Notes under the pieces: model-generated
Databases searched by the model: none
What the model was told of the DNA's origin: nothing
What the model saw: the letters and a program-made list of their open reading frames with translations, nothing else
Program-made: the position numbers and the translations under genes
In this document: one piece after another, positions 1 through 9,091 of the stretch
Layout: each line of letters begins with the position of its first letter
How positions within the stretch are numbered: the first letter of the stretch is position 1
IMG/VR virus record: IMGVR_UViG_3300016484_001035
Span: 1 to 31,285 of that record
From: a virus
Taxonomy: Duplodnaviria > Caudoviricetes
DNA: 31,285 nucleotides
Reading direction: 5' to 3' (one strand)

Positions 1-76
1 TGTATCGCGCCAAGAGGTTCGGGACAGTTTGCCAAACGGTTTGAGAAAACGAGCCCATAACCGGTAATTGCAGGCC
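1..76 (+). repeat. Window-left prophage end: terminal TG plus tandem transposase-binding sites (resembles Mu R end)
   Basis: GCCAAGAGGTTCGGGACA at 9, GCCAAACGGTTTGAGAAA at 31 and a degenerate GCCCATAACCGGTAA at 53 (22-bp period). 28-51 is a perfect 24-bp inverted copy of 30970-30993; 28-76 aligns imperfectly with the reverse complement of 30995-31043. Confidence 0.88.
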
Positions 77-92
77 CTCTGCAGCCGGCCTG

Positions 93-2087
93 CTAGACGC
101 CTGCAGGCCCAATCTCCCACCCCACCCAGTCGACTGCATGCCCAGGCAGTCCTAGCTCCCCGACGTCGAGCTCTCCAGTCACCCACGTGTCCGACCCGGA
201 CTCCGCTCGCCAGGTCCCCGCGTCCACTGTTACAGTAGCCGTCGAGATTCCCGATCGGACAGGGATGAGGTCGCGGCCGGCGGAGACCGATACCCCCAGC
301 GATGGGGATATCGCTTCCGCCGACAGGATCAGCGCATCGGGGATCGTGCCCGCGATAGTCGCACCTACCACCTGGCCGCGAGTATCGCTGCCTGGAGTGG
401 TGTCGACGATCAGATCCGCCGTCCAGCCACTACCGGTCACTCGGTAGCCATATCCACTCCCAGAGGCCGTCACGTCGATCCCGATGCACTGCAATCGCAC
501 CCGAGCCGTGGCACCCGCCCCTCCTCCGCCTGTGATCGTAACCGTAGGACACGATGTATAGCCGTTGCCCGGATCGGTGACGACGATCGAGCTGATCGTC
601 CCGGACGGCGATAGCACAGCGCGAGCCGTGCAACCGCTACCGCCGCCTCCCGTGATCGTCACGGTCGGCTCCGCAGTATACCCACTCCCCGCAGCAGTCA
701 GGACGATGCTCGATACGTTGTGCCGACTCGTGAACGTAGCCAGCGTGCCACCAAGGCGCGGAGTTGGCGCTATCACCTCGATCCCGCCGTCGAGCCCTAC
801 CATTGATGCGACAGGGATAACTGCATCGAGGCCATCACTGACGACTCTCACGAGAACACCATCAGCCACGGTCGCGATCACTGTGCCCGCACGATCTCGG
901 ATTCTGTAGCTGGCGGGGCGCCACTCCCAATTGATCGGTGATGATCCTCGCCGGCTCCGCAAGCCAGTCACTGGTCCGACCGTGTGGCGCTCGATCGCCA
1001 CTCCGCACGGGACCGCAGACCAGGTCTGGTAACCGATGCGCATCATCTGCCGATGGATCGTGCCGCTGTCTGGTGCCAGCGTCGACAGGAGCCTGATAGC
1101 CGCTCGATCCGCGATCAGAGCTGACGAGGCCAGGGCGATGCCCGCGTGGTCGTAAGCCCACACGGGAGTCGGATCGCTGTAGCCGGTGCCTCCAGAGAAC
1201 ACGACTACCGAGTCCAGCTCCCACGTGTATTCCCAGTCCGAGGCATCCTCGAAGCCAGTTGAGGCCGTGCACGACAAGCACGGTGTGGTGCTCACACCTG
1301 TCCCGACAGTCAGGAGAGTCACGCCGCTGAATGCTCCTCCCGCAGCCCAGGTAGCTTGGAGGGTGCCATTGCCCACAGCCTGCGTCAGGCTCAGCCCAGA
1401 GGTATATCTGGAATCGTCGATCGGGATAGACGCGGTATGCCGAGAGGTCACAGCCTTGGGGCGCCAGCGCAGGCCGAGATTGGCGGCCGTGGCGCACTGC
1501 CCAATAAGCACGAGCCGACTGGGAGCCGGGGTGAATTCAAACATGTTCGTCTTATACTCGCCACGGGAGACGACATTGACGGCGGTGATCACGCCTGCAG
1601 TCACTACCACGCTGACGACCGGCTCCGTCGGTAGACTTAGGCCGCGAAGCACCGACACATCCGACCATTCGGCCGCGTAGCTCGCGATGTAGTCCGACCC
1701 GACGAAGCCCAATGATCCCGCGCCCAAGGCTGTATCCGTCAGGGTCAGAGATGACACGGATGACGAGGAGACCACTAGGTTGAAGACGCCGATCGCCAGT
1801 CCGAGATTCGGGACGAAGCGCTGATACGTGATCACCCCGCCAGGCGTGGTGTAGCGCGCTAAAGCCCGCCGCACGCCATAGGCACCGTATCGGAGCGGCT
1901 CGATGATCGCCAGATCGTGTCCACCATAGGAGATCGAGTCCGTGGTCGACCACACACGATAGTATGGTGGCGCCGGCGGCGCTGCAGAATGGCGACTCGA
2001 TCCGACTGATCGGCCACCGTAGATCCTGATCTGCTCGGCCAGAAACCCCGACAGCACAGTCCCGCCGTTGAACCACACATTGGCCAT
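93..2087 (-). CDS. Tail tip / fibre-like structural protein with GxGY-x-PTVTITGGGG repeats (664 aa)
   Basis: Last gene of the tail operon; G/S/T/V-rich beta composition; repeats such as GSGYTAEPTVTITGGGGSG and GNGYTSCPTVTITGGGGAG, as seen in phage tail/baseplate proteins. Confidence 0.7.
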   Translation of the reverse strand: MANVWFNGGTVLSGFLAEQIRIYGGRSVGSSRHSAAPPAPPYYRVWSTTDSISYGGHDLAIIEPLRYGAYGVRRALARYTTPGGVITYQRFVPNLGLAIGVFNLVVSSSSVSSLTLTDTALGAGSLGFVGSDYIASYAAEWSDVSVLRGLSLPTEPVVSVVVTAGVITAVNVVSRGEYKTNMFEFTPAPSRLVLIGQCATAANLGLRWRPKAVTSRHTASIPIDDSRYTSGLSLTQAVGNGTLQATWAAGGAFSGVTLLTVGTGVSTTPCLSCTASTGFEDASDWEYTWELDSVVVFSGGTGYSDPTPVWAYDHAGIALASSALIADRAAIRLLSTLAPDSGTIHRQMMRIGYQTWSAVPCGVAIERHTVGPVTGLRSRRGSSPINWEWRPASYRIRDRAGTVIATVADGVLVRVVSDGLDAVIPVASMVGLDGGIEVIAPTPRLGGTLATFTSRHNVSSIVLTAAGSGYTAEPTVTITGGGGSGCTARAVLSPSGTISSIVVTDPGNGYTSCPTVTITGGGGAGATARVRLQCIGIDVTASGSGYGYRVTGSGWTADLIVDTTPGSDTRGQVVGATIAGTIPDALILSAEAISPSLGVSVSAGRDLIPVRSGISTATVTVDAGTWRAESGSDTWVTGELDVGELGLPGHAVDWVGWEIGPAGV

Positions 2088-2088
2088 A

Positions 2089-3636
2089 TCACGCGAGTCC
2101 CCACATCCATGTTCCGAACAGCCGCGCTACCGCTACTGACCCCTTCGTCAGTGGGGTAATCGTGTAGGCCTGATTGGATGGATTCCACCCGGTGATGAGG
2201 GCGCGCTGTTGATACCCAATCGTCGGCGTCGATGTAGGCGCTGAAGTCAGGAAGACAAGCTCGGCCGCGATGGCAGCTGATCCGCTCCACGTGACCTTTA
2301 GATATAGCGACCCATTGCCCGTGATGTGAATAGTCGGACCCGGCGATGTGGCTATCGACGTGCCATCTATCACAGGGGTGAGAGCGTTGACTAGACCGGG
2401 CAGGAATCGCACTTCTGCAGACCAACTCACTGTGCCGATGCCGGTATCTGCCTTATATGGCATCAGCGGCTCACCGGTCGGCGTGGAACTGGTCACCGGA
2501 CGGCCACTGGCGAGATAATATGCAGGCCCCTCACGGCTGTCTGCGAGCAGCAACTCGACCAGGTCATTGAGCCCTAGGTGATCGGGCGGACCAAACTCCA
2601 GGGATGTCGAACCGTCGAGCAGATCGTGGGACACAGACTGCACCTGAGCCCTCATTGTCGACCACTCGCTGAGGCCGCCCGAGATCCTGACGGCATCACC
2701 CGGATGCCATGACATGTCGGGCTCGGAGGCTTGGACCACCAATCGCCCGCTGTATTGGAGCACCTTGAACGCGTCGTAGTAGCGCTGAGCGAGAGCGTCC
2801 GGAACTCCGGTCTGACCGCGCAGATCGATGACCAGGTTGATTCCCTGGGGCTGCAAGCCGTCAAATCCAGCCGGGGCCACCTGCTCGACGGGATAGGGCG
2901 CAACACTCGATGCGTTGGCGACGTTCTCGAAGAGCAACCGGACACCCGGGATCAACAGGTCCCTACGCGGCACAGCCTCCACCGCACGCAGCGTTGGATC
3001 CGTCATCGCAATGGTCGTGACGGATGACACGGCTACGGTCCACGGCATCACATTCATCGTGGGCGGCGAAGCCGAGTAGTCCCACCAGGTGCAAGCGTCT
3101 GGCGTCCAGCGCAGCGCTCGCTCGATTGCCTCCGCACAGGTTAGGTTAGCCGCCTGCTGAGGGGCCGGTTTCGGGCCAGTAGGATTGGTGCCGAGCGCCA
3201 AATCGCCTCCGATCGAGGCCACATAGGTGAACACATCCTCGATCTGTGCAGCGGCCGTGATGCGGTTGCCGTCGCGATCGCAGAATAGCCGGTAGCCTGG
3301 GCGCTTGCGGTAATCGTCGACCACGGACAGCCGATACTCCTGCTGATAGACCGTGTTCGCGAGCCACCACCACGGGCCTTGGGCGACGACGCGACGCACC
3401 TCCGAGCTGCCCGCTTGCCGCGGCTGCTCAATGACGCGGCCCTTGAAAACGGTCGTCTCGTCGGCGACCACGACGACATCGGAGTGGAGGCTCCAGCCAT
3501 CGAGTGGCGTCTCCGCTAGGCCGCCAAACTCGAGCACCAGTTCGTCGGGTGCCCTCGAGCGATACGTCAGCCGAGCGGAAATGAGACCAGCGGCCCGCAA
3601 TGTTGCCAGTGAATCTCCGTTGAAGGTCCAGTCCAT
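2089..3636 (-). CDS. Tail tip / baseplate hub-like protein (515 aa)
   Basis: Directly downstream of the tape measure gene; hub-like pattern (VFKGRV..., PGDAVRI...AQVQSVSHD...TSLEFG) followed by a beta-rich C-terminal domain. Confidence 0.65.
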   Translation of the reverse strand: MDWTFNGDSLATLRAAGLISARLTYRSRAPDELVLEFGGLAETPLDGWSLHSDVVVVADETTVFKGRVIEQPRQAGSSEVRRVVAQGPWWWLANTVYQQEYRLSVVDDYRKRPGYRLFCDRDGNRITAAAQIEDVFTYVASIGGDLALGTNPTGPKPAPQQAANLTCAEAIERALRWTPDACTWWDYSASPPTMNVMPWTVAVSSVTTIAMTDPTLRAVEAVPRRDLLIPGVRLLFENVANASSVAPYPVEQVAPAGFDGLQPQGINLVIDLRGQTGVPDALAQRYYDAFKVLQYSGRLVVQASEPDMSWHPGDAVRISGGLSEWSTMRAQVQSVSHDLLDGSTSLEFGPPDHLGLNDLVELLLADSREGPAYYLASGRPVTSSTPTGEPLMPYKADTGIGTVSWSAEVRFLPGLVNALTPVIDGTSIATSPGPTIHITGNGSLYLKVTWSGSAAIAAELVFLTSAPTSTPTIGYQQRALITGWNPSNQAYTITPLTKGSVAVARLFGTWMWGLA

Positions 3637-3638
3637 GG

Positions 3639-5207
3639 TCAGCGGTTACGGGCCGTCGCCATCTGCATCTGGAGCCGCTTGAGCTCCGCGCCCAGCTTCT
3701 GCAACTCTGCTCGTGTGTCGGAGTCGCCAGTCTTGCGAAACAGCTCAGTGAGGTCTTTGAGCGCGGCGACGATCTCCCCTGCAGTCGCGCCGTCGCTCAA
3801 GCGAGACATGCTGTCACGGAGAGCACCTGCCGCATCCGCGATCGCGCGATTCCCTACCGTAGCCGGGCCACGCTCAGCTCCCTCGATCGTGCGCTCTGCA
3901 AGTCCGATACCAAAGTCCGCAGCGCGCTTGGAGCGGCGCTGGCTAATCACATCGAGCTCTGACGGCTGCAGAGGATCGTCCGGGGTAGCCTGGCCGACGG
4001 CTACGCGACTGGCACGCGCGGATTCCGCGGCACCCATACTGGACTGCCGCGCTCGCTCATTGGCCTCGCGCTCACGCGTTTGGACCTTGCGCTCCGTTGC
4101 GGCGAGCTCTTCCGCCTGACGACGTGCGCGTTCGGCAGCTGCAAGTTGCTGCTGTGCTGTCTCGAGCGCCGCCTGCTGCTGCTTGAGCTGCTCCTCTAGG
4201 CGACCGCGGTCACGGTTCGCTTCCGGAGTATCCATTCGAGCGAGAGTATCCTTAGAATCGTTATACAACTGCAGAACTTCTGGAGACATGGGACCACCAA
4301 GCGCTGCGGACGCTTGGATCTCTCCATATGCAGCATCGCGATTCGTCACTGCATTGCGGCGTTGGGCGTCTTGGTCTGCAATCGTCCGTGCGGTCCGATC
4401 AACCATGCCCTGCCTATCCTCGAGAGTCGCACGGAACCGCTCCTCAGCTTGTCGCGCGGAGTTTACTGGTTCATCGATCGCTCCAAATCGGCGGTCCTCG
4501 GCTTCGCGGGCATAGCGCTGACGCACTTTCAGTTCGAGCACACGACGCTCCTCTGGAGTGTAAGCCGAGTTCGCGGAAATCGCTTCGAGTTCCGCTCCCA
4601 TTTCCGCATTTGCCATGCGCTCTCGCGCAGCCATCAGACGATTAGCCGACTCCGTCGCCTCATCGGCACGCCGTTTGATCGCATCGATTTGCTCGGAAAA
4701 GGTCTCTTCGCGCCGCTTCGAAAGGGCAGCACTCGCCTCATCCCAGGCACGCTTGACTCTGTCGCCATCCGACTCGGCACTATCGGCGGTTTTCTGCGAA
4801 CTGTCCCTCAATAGGTCGAGAGCCACGTTGAGAGATGATACAAGCCCCGTAGCGACCACCAGGGCCTTCCCCCAAGGCCCTCCCAGTCCAACCACGGTCA
4901 GGAGACCCTCCAGTGCCTTACCTAGCCCGAAGATAGCCGAGGCCCCACCGGCCGACGCCATCTTGAGGCCCTCCAGGACCTGCGTTGACCCTTGGGCCTT
5001 GCGCGAAAAATCGGCCTGCTTTTCAGCTCCATCTTTGTTCTCCCGCGCGAGTCGCTTCGCTCCTTCGGCGGCCGCATTCGTGCCCTCCGCAGAGCGTTGG
5101 GCGGCCGTGGTGACGCCTGCAGTCGCCCTTTCCACGCCCTGCAGCGCCGCTGCGGCTTCGGCGGCACCTGTCTGGCCCACCGTGATCTGGATCCGGTCGT
5201 TACTCAT
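3639..5207 (-). CDS. Tail tape measure protein (522 aa)
   Basis: Ala/Arg/Glu/Gln-rich helical coiled-coil with an N-terminal IQITV strand and a hydrophobic Gly-rich segment; positioned before the hub gene. Confidence 0.7.
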   Translation of the reverse strand: MSNDRIQITVGQTGAAEAAAALQGVERATAGVTTAAQRSAEGTNAAAEGAKRLARENKDGAEKQADFSRKAQGSTQVLEGLKMASAGGASAIFGLGKALEGLLTVVGLGGPWGKALVVATGLVSSLNVALDLLRDSSQKTADSAESDGDRVKRAWDEASAALSKRREETFSEQIDAIKRRADEATESANRLMAARERMANAEMGAELEAISANSAYTPEERRVLELKVRQRYAREAEDRRFGAIDEPVNSARQAEERFRATLEDRQGMVDRTARTIADQDAQRRNAVTNRDAAYGEIQASAALGGPMSPEVLQLYNDSKDTLARMDTPEANRDRGRLEEQLKQQQAALETAQQQLAAAERARRQAEELAATERKVQTREREANERARQSSMGAAESARASRVAVGQATPDDPLQPSELDVISQRRSKRAADFGIGLAERTIEGAERGPATVGNRAIADAAGALRDSMSRLSDGATAGEIVAALKDLTELFRKTGDSDTRAELQKLGAELKRLQMQMATARNR

Positions 5208-5593
5208 GGCGCGGTGATCTTTCCGGACGCGACAAACCGCCAGATGGCGAGGGTCGATACGCCCATGTCACGGACCTCCAAGTCCTCCAGCGCAGCCTCG
5301 CTGTAGATCGCACGCCCCGAGATCGAGAGCGATACTGGCGCATCAGCATGTGCGACCATCGCCTCGACGTCGGATCCCAGCGTAGTCCGCAATGCTTCGG
5401 CCTCCGAGTAGCTGGCAGACTGATGTAGCACCTCGATCGTGAGCGTGATCGCGCGGCCGCCGCGGGGCACCGGGATGAGACTCGCCCCCCGAAGTGGCTG
5501 CTGCATCTCCACACGAGCGGAGATACGATGAGACGAGATCCGAGTCGTGTTGGCCGATCCCGACACGGTGTAGTCGCCGTAGGTGATGTCCAT
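5204..5593 (-). CDS. Small beta-rich tail protein, possibly distal-tail (Dit)/tube-initiator-like (129 aa)
   Basis: ATGA overlap with the tape measure gene; alternating beta strands around one central helix; function inferred from position and pattern only. Confidence 0.5.
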   Translation of the reverse strand: MDITYGDYTVSGSANTTRISSHRISARVEMQQPLRGASLIPVPRGGRAITLTIEVLHQSASYSEAEALRTTLGSDVEAMVAHADAPVSLSISGRAIYSEAALEDLEVRDMGVSTLAIWRFVASGKITAP

Positions 5594-5595
5594 CG

Positions 5596-6348
5596 TCAGA
5601 GGATCGCGATCCAGTTGAGGCGATAGCCAGCGCCAGGAGCCGCGGAAAGGTCGCCAGCAAAGGATGTAGCTGTGCGGCTACCGAGCTCCTCTGTGAAGGT
5701 GATCACTGGGCTGCCCGTCGGAGTAAGAACACTCGTCCGGATCACTCGTGGGACTTGCGCGAACATTCCCGCCATCTCGCAGTGAGGCTGGGAATCTCCG
5801 GGCGTAAGGTTGATGCAGCCATAGGCATACAACTCGGTGGCAGCACTCGATAGAGGACCGAACGCCAAGTCGGCCGCGATCGCTGGCGCCGATAGAGTCG
5901 CCTTGGTCGAAAACGACACTTCCAGGATCACCACATTGGCCTGCTGCTCCTCGCGCACGGCGTTCGGCTCTGGTTGGAGCTTTGCGAGCACGGCTGACAG
6001 ACCCGGCTGCCAGCCGGTCAGCGCAACGAGGATACGCTCCACGAGCTCATGACCACTCTCCAGCGCGACGTTGTCCGAGTCGGACTGATAGAGCAGGTCT
6101 TCCTCTACACGGACCGTCACGACGAGCTGATCGACCAGGGGACCACCACCAGGCGTCATGACGTTGGCGTTGGTCCTCTGAATCAGGGGCGGTAGCACCA
6201 GGACGATGATCCCGCGCTGCGAGAACGCCGCCGTGATTTTGGTCTCGAGGTCGCCTCGCACCTGGGCGTGCACAGGCACTCCCTCGAGGACGAGGGCCGA
6301 AAGACGCTCCACGACGGCGTCCTGCAGGGACCGTGTCAGCGAGGCCAT
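5596..6348 (-). CDS. Mu gp37-like tail terminator with extra C-terminal domain (250 aa)
   Basis: LQDAVVERL...LVERILVALTGWQP...ILEVSFST matches the Gp37/terminator pattern (LxGWxP); about 100 extra residues ending YRLNWIAIL. Confidence 0.65.
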   Translation of the reverse strand: MASLTRSLQDAVVERLSALVLEGVPVHAQVRGDLETKITAAFSQRGIIVLVLPPLIQRTNANVMTPGGGPLVDQLVVTVRVEEDLLYQSDSDNVALESGHELVERILVALTGWQPGLSAVLAKLQPEPNAVREEQQANVVILEVSFSTKATLSAPAIAADLAFGPLSSAATELYAYGCINLTPGDSQPHCEMAGMFAQVPRVIRTSVLTPTGSPVITFTEELGSRTATSFAGDLSAAPGAGYRLNWIAIL

Positions 6349-7241
6349 CAGGACATCGTCCAGAGCGCGGCCAATGCACCGGTCGCCACCTTGCGCAACG
6401 TCGAGAACTGCAGCGGGCCAGCCTGCTGCAGCGTGTCACCCCAGCGGCCTTGCACGGTGTCCACCGTGCAGTTGACGAGCGTCACGTTGGCCGGGCCGCT
6501 GATCGCAAGGTCGTAGGCAGGTTCGGAGCCACCAGGGCCGACCGATCCAATCCACCCGATGAGGTCCGTCAGATTGATGCCGACCGGATCCACCGTGCAA
6601 GTTGCCTCGAGGGACTGCAGGAGCATGTCCACCACGCCCTCGTTGTTGGTCTCGACCGGTTGCAGGCCGAGCTGAAAGGCAATGTTGAACCCTCCCTGGC
6701 TATAGAACGTGTTGCTGTTGTAGCTGGCGGAATACGCACCGGTCTTCCAGTCGGAGAGGGTCACAGACGACGGCAGCGGAGCCTCGTCCGCATCGGTGAA
6801 GTAGTTGCCCATGTCCGACGGATCAGAATTGTTCGCGACGATGCCCGTCCACGTGACTTGCCCGATCGGGTTGCCGCCGGCCGGAGTGGCTCCGAGAGAG
6901 AGAGACCCGAGGCCCGTGATCGCGGCGTTAACGATCGTGATGCCACGGCCAGAAACCGGCACGACGACCAAGGGGTAGTCCGTGGCGCCGAAGATGCTCT
7001 TGCCGATCTGGGTGGACGCGTAGGGGAACAGCACCGCGAGATTGGTCCAGCGCGCAGGCTTCGCAGTCACCTCAACGCGGGTATTCTTGCGGATCTTCTT
7101 CACCCGACCAAACCCCGTGGCGGTGCCGGGGATCGTCTCGGTGATGAGGGTCACCGTGATAGGTCCGTCGCAGAGGATCGTCGCGGAGCGATACGTGATG
7201 TAGCCGGGGCCGGAGAAGATGGTCGTGCGGTCGATAGCCAT
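6348..7241 (-). CDS. Major tail tube protein, internally duplicated fold (297 aa)
   Basis: T/G/S/N-rich beta protein with strongly biased codons; the two halves align without gaps (10/53 identities); no sheath gene is present. Confidence 0.7.
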   Translation of the reverse strand: MAIDRTTIFSGPGYITYRSATILCDGPITVTLITETIPGTATGFGRVKKIRKNTRVEVTAKPARWTNLAVLFPYASTQIGKSIFGATDYPLVVVPVSGRGITIVNAAITGLGSLSLGATPAGGNPIGQVTWTGIVANNSDPSDMGNYFTDADEAPLPSSVTLSDWKTGAYSASYNSNTFYSQGGFNIAFQLGLQPVETNNEGVVDMLLQSLEATCTVDPVGINLTDLIGWIGSVGPGGSEPAYDLAISGPANVTLVNCTVDTVQGRWGDTLQQAGPLQFSTLRKVATGALAALWTMS

Positions 7242-7275
7242 GAGAGTGGTGTGTCGAGGTTACAGGTCTTGGAGA

Positions 7276-7524
7276 TCAGGCCGACGGGGCGGCAGGCGCA
7301 TCCGGCTGCGGGTCCAGAGGCCAGGCCGATGCGTCGGCCACGCCAACAAGGCGCCGGCCGGCGCTCCAGAGAGCGACGGTGCTCTCGCTGACGGGCTGGA
7401 TGTAGCAGACGGTGCGAGCCGACGTCGGATCTCGGCGTGGCAAGATCGCGACAGCAGAGGCACGATCGAAGGACGGCGGGGAAATCGCCGGAGGAGCGGC
7501 GGGAGGAACAGGCTGGTCGGACAT
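7276..7524 (-). CDS. Small Pro-rich hypothetical protein (82 aa, MSDQPVPPAA...)
   Basis: Fills the gap between flanking genes on the operon strand when started at ATG 7524 rather than the ORF-track start 7743. Confidence 0.55.
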   Translation of the reverse strand: MSDQPVPPAAPPAISPPSFDRASAVAILPRRDPTSARTVCYIQPVSESTVALWSAGRRLVGVADASAWPLDPQPDAPAAPSA

Positions 7525-7547
7525 GACGATGGGTCTTGTTTGAGCGA

Positions 7548-7997
7548 TCAGGCGGTCGCGCGGATTTGGGCGACGCGCTGCATGATCGCGAGGATGAGCA
7601 AATCGAGCTGGGCCACGGTCATCGGCGGCACGGCCTGCCCGTTGATATCGAGGATTGGACCGAGGATCGATTGGGCGGATGTCGCGTCCGTGATCAGGCC
7701 TCGACGGTAGGCGACAGCGATCGCGCCAGCGGCGCGATCCCATGCGGTCAGGCCAGCCTCGCTGATGTCGTAGGTGCGACCACCATGCGTGCAGCCCTGA
7801 GCAAGCAGCTCCGCCTTGGTAGGCGGCTCCGGAGGCGGCTCTTGCACCGGCAGCAGATCATGCGAGGGATCGTAGGCCACGGCGACAAACCCATCCGGAG
7901 GCGGGTAGTCCGCAAGAGTAGCGCCCTGCGTGATGTAGTAGCGCGGCGAGATCGGGTGGCGTTGAGCGCCGTCGGTCGTAAGAAGAGAGATTTTCAT
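7548..7997 (-). CDS. DUF4376-like protein / possible fibre assembly chaperone (149 aa)
   Basis: GCTHGGRTYDISE...ILDINGQAVPPMTVAQLDLLILAI resembles DUF4376; follows a fibre-like gene. Confidence 0.55.
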   Translation of the reverse strand: MKISLLTTDGAQRHPISPRYYITQGATLADYPPPDGFVAVAYDPSHDLLPVQEPPPEPPTKAELLAQGCTHGGRTYDISEAGLTAWDRAAGAIAVAYRRGLITDATSAQSILGPILDINGQAVPPMTVAQLDLLILAIMQRVAQIRATA

Positions 7998-8000
7998 GTG

Positions 8001-8789
8001 TCAACGGATGGGCTCGATCTTAAGTTGAGACCCGACAGCCAAAGACGTGACGGTTGCCCCAGACCAACCGGCATAACGGAGTGACAGCGTGCCGCCTGCG
8101 GTGACGTTCATGATGAACTCACGGACAAACAGTCGCGCACCCGAAGAGTTCCCGTCCACAGCCAGCGCGTCTGGTCCCGATAGAGTCGCCTGGGCAAGTT
8201 GGAGGTTTACGTTAGCGACGGTCGTGGCGTTGGTTGCCGACCCCATGAAGTAGCTGGCAAATGCTCGATAGGTCGCGGTGCCCGAGAATGTCACGTCCGA
8301 CTTGGTGCCGTTGGCGGCCGTCGCGTTCGCGATCAAGTAGGCGAATCGCACCAGATACTTACCCGGCCCCACGTAGCGGGACAGATTCGTCGATGCTTGT
8401 AGCGTCGATCCCGTCATGTCCTCCTGCGTATCGACCTCCAAATTGACGGCAGGAAATCGCGATGTCGTCCAGCTGGACACGCCGTCCGGATGGAGAACGA
8501 GCAGCCCGTGCGTCAGCGTTGACACCTGAGTCGCCCCATTCACCAAGTCGCTGCCCTGCCGTTGCAGGGTCAGGGCGCACGTCTTCGGGATGCGTCCGGA
8601 CGCCGCCGAAATGTATACCGGCGTGCCAGCCGGTAGGCTGTTCGCCAAAGGCAGCGTCACAGTGCGCGCCGCTGTTAGGTTCGTGTTAACGATCGCCCGC
8701 CGAAACGTAGCCGGCAGCGTGGTATCGGCGTCGCCGATCAGCTGCAAGCTGCTAGGCGAATCAAGGCCAGGGAGAGTCAGGTCGATCAT
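8001..8789 (-). CDS. Fibre/decoration-like virion protein (262 aa)
   Basis: TAARTVTLPLA...G...I...GSDLVNG...L..DGVSSW module common in phage fibres, followed by a beta-sandwich-like C-terminal domain. Confidence 0.6.
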   Translation of the reverse strand: MIDLTLPGLDSPSSLQLIGDADTTLPATFRRAIVNTNLTAARTVTLPLANSLPAGTPVYISAASGRIPKTCALTLQRQGSDLVNGATQVSTLTHGLLVLHPDGVSSWTTSRFPAVNLEVDTQEDMTGSTLQASTNLSRYVGPGKYLVRFAYLIANATAANGTKSDVTFSGTATYRAFASYFMGSATNATTVANVNLQLAQATLSGPDALAVDGNSSGARLFVREFIMNVTAGGTLSLRYAGWSGATVTSLAVGSQLKIEPIR

Positions 8790-8827
8790 GTGTGAGATTG
8801 GGGGTTGGCCTCAGATGGATCCGCAGA

Positions 8828-9091
8828 TCACTCGTCCTGGGTAACCAGGCTCGTGGTATCACCAGGAGCGCAGATGGCTTTGACCGCCCACGGCGTGTTG
8901 ATCTTGAGGGTCTCGCCCGGCGGCAACGGCATGCCCTTGGCAGCCGTCAGCGTGGTCGCCGAGGAGTCCCACTTGATGTAGGCCGTCCGACGCCCCACGT
9001 TCGTGACGGTGGCGAGGGTGCGGGCGGTGACGGCTGGCAGGACATCGGCCACGGAGGCGGAGTCGACGGACACGGGTGCATTGAGACTCAT
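8828..9091 (-). CDS. Small beta-rich virion-associated protein (87 aa, MSLNAPVSVD...)
   Basis: ATG 9091 overlaps the stop of the gpG-like gene (ATGA); only this C-terminal part of track ORF 8828..9934 looks like protein. Confidence 0.65.
   Translation of the reverse strand: MSLNAPVSVDSASVADVLPAVTARTLATVTNVGRRTAYIKWDSSATTLTAAKGMPLPPGETLKINTPWAVKAICAPGDTTSLVTQDE

Noticed and set aside
93-8789. Diversity-generating retroelement or invertible tail-fibre segment
   Set aside because: No reverse transcriptase, no template/variable repeat pair noticed, no invertase and no opposite-strand fibre cassette.
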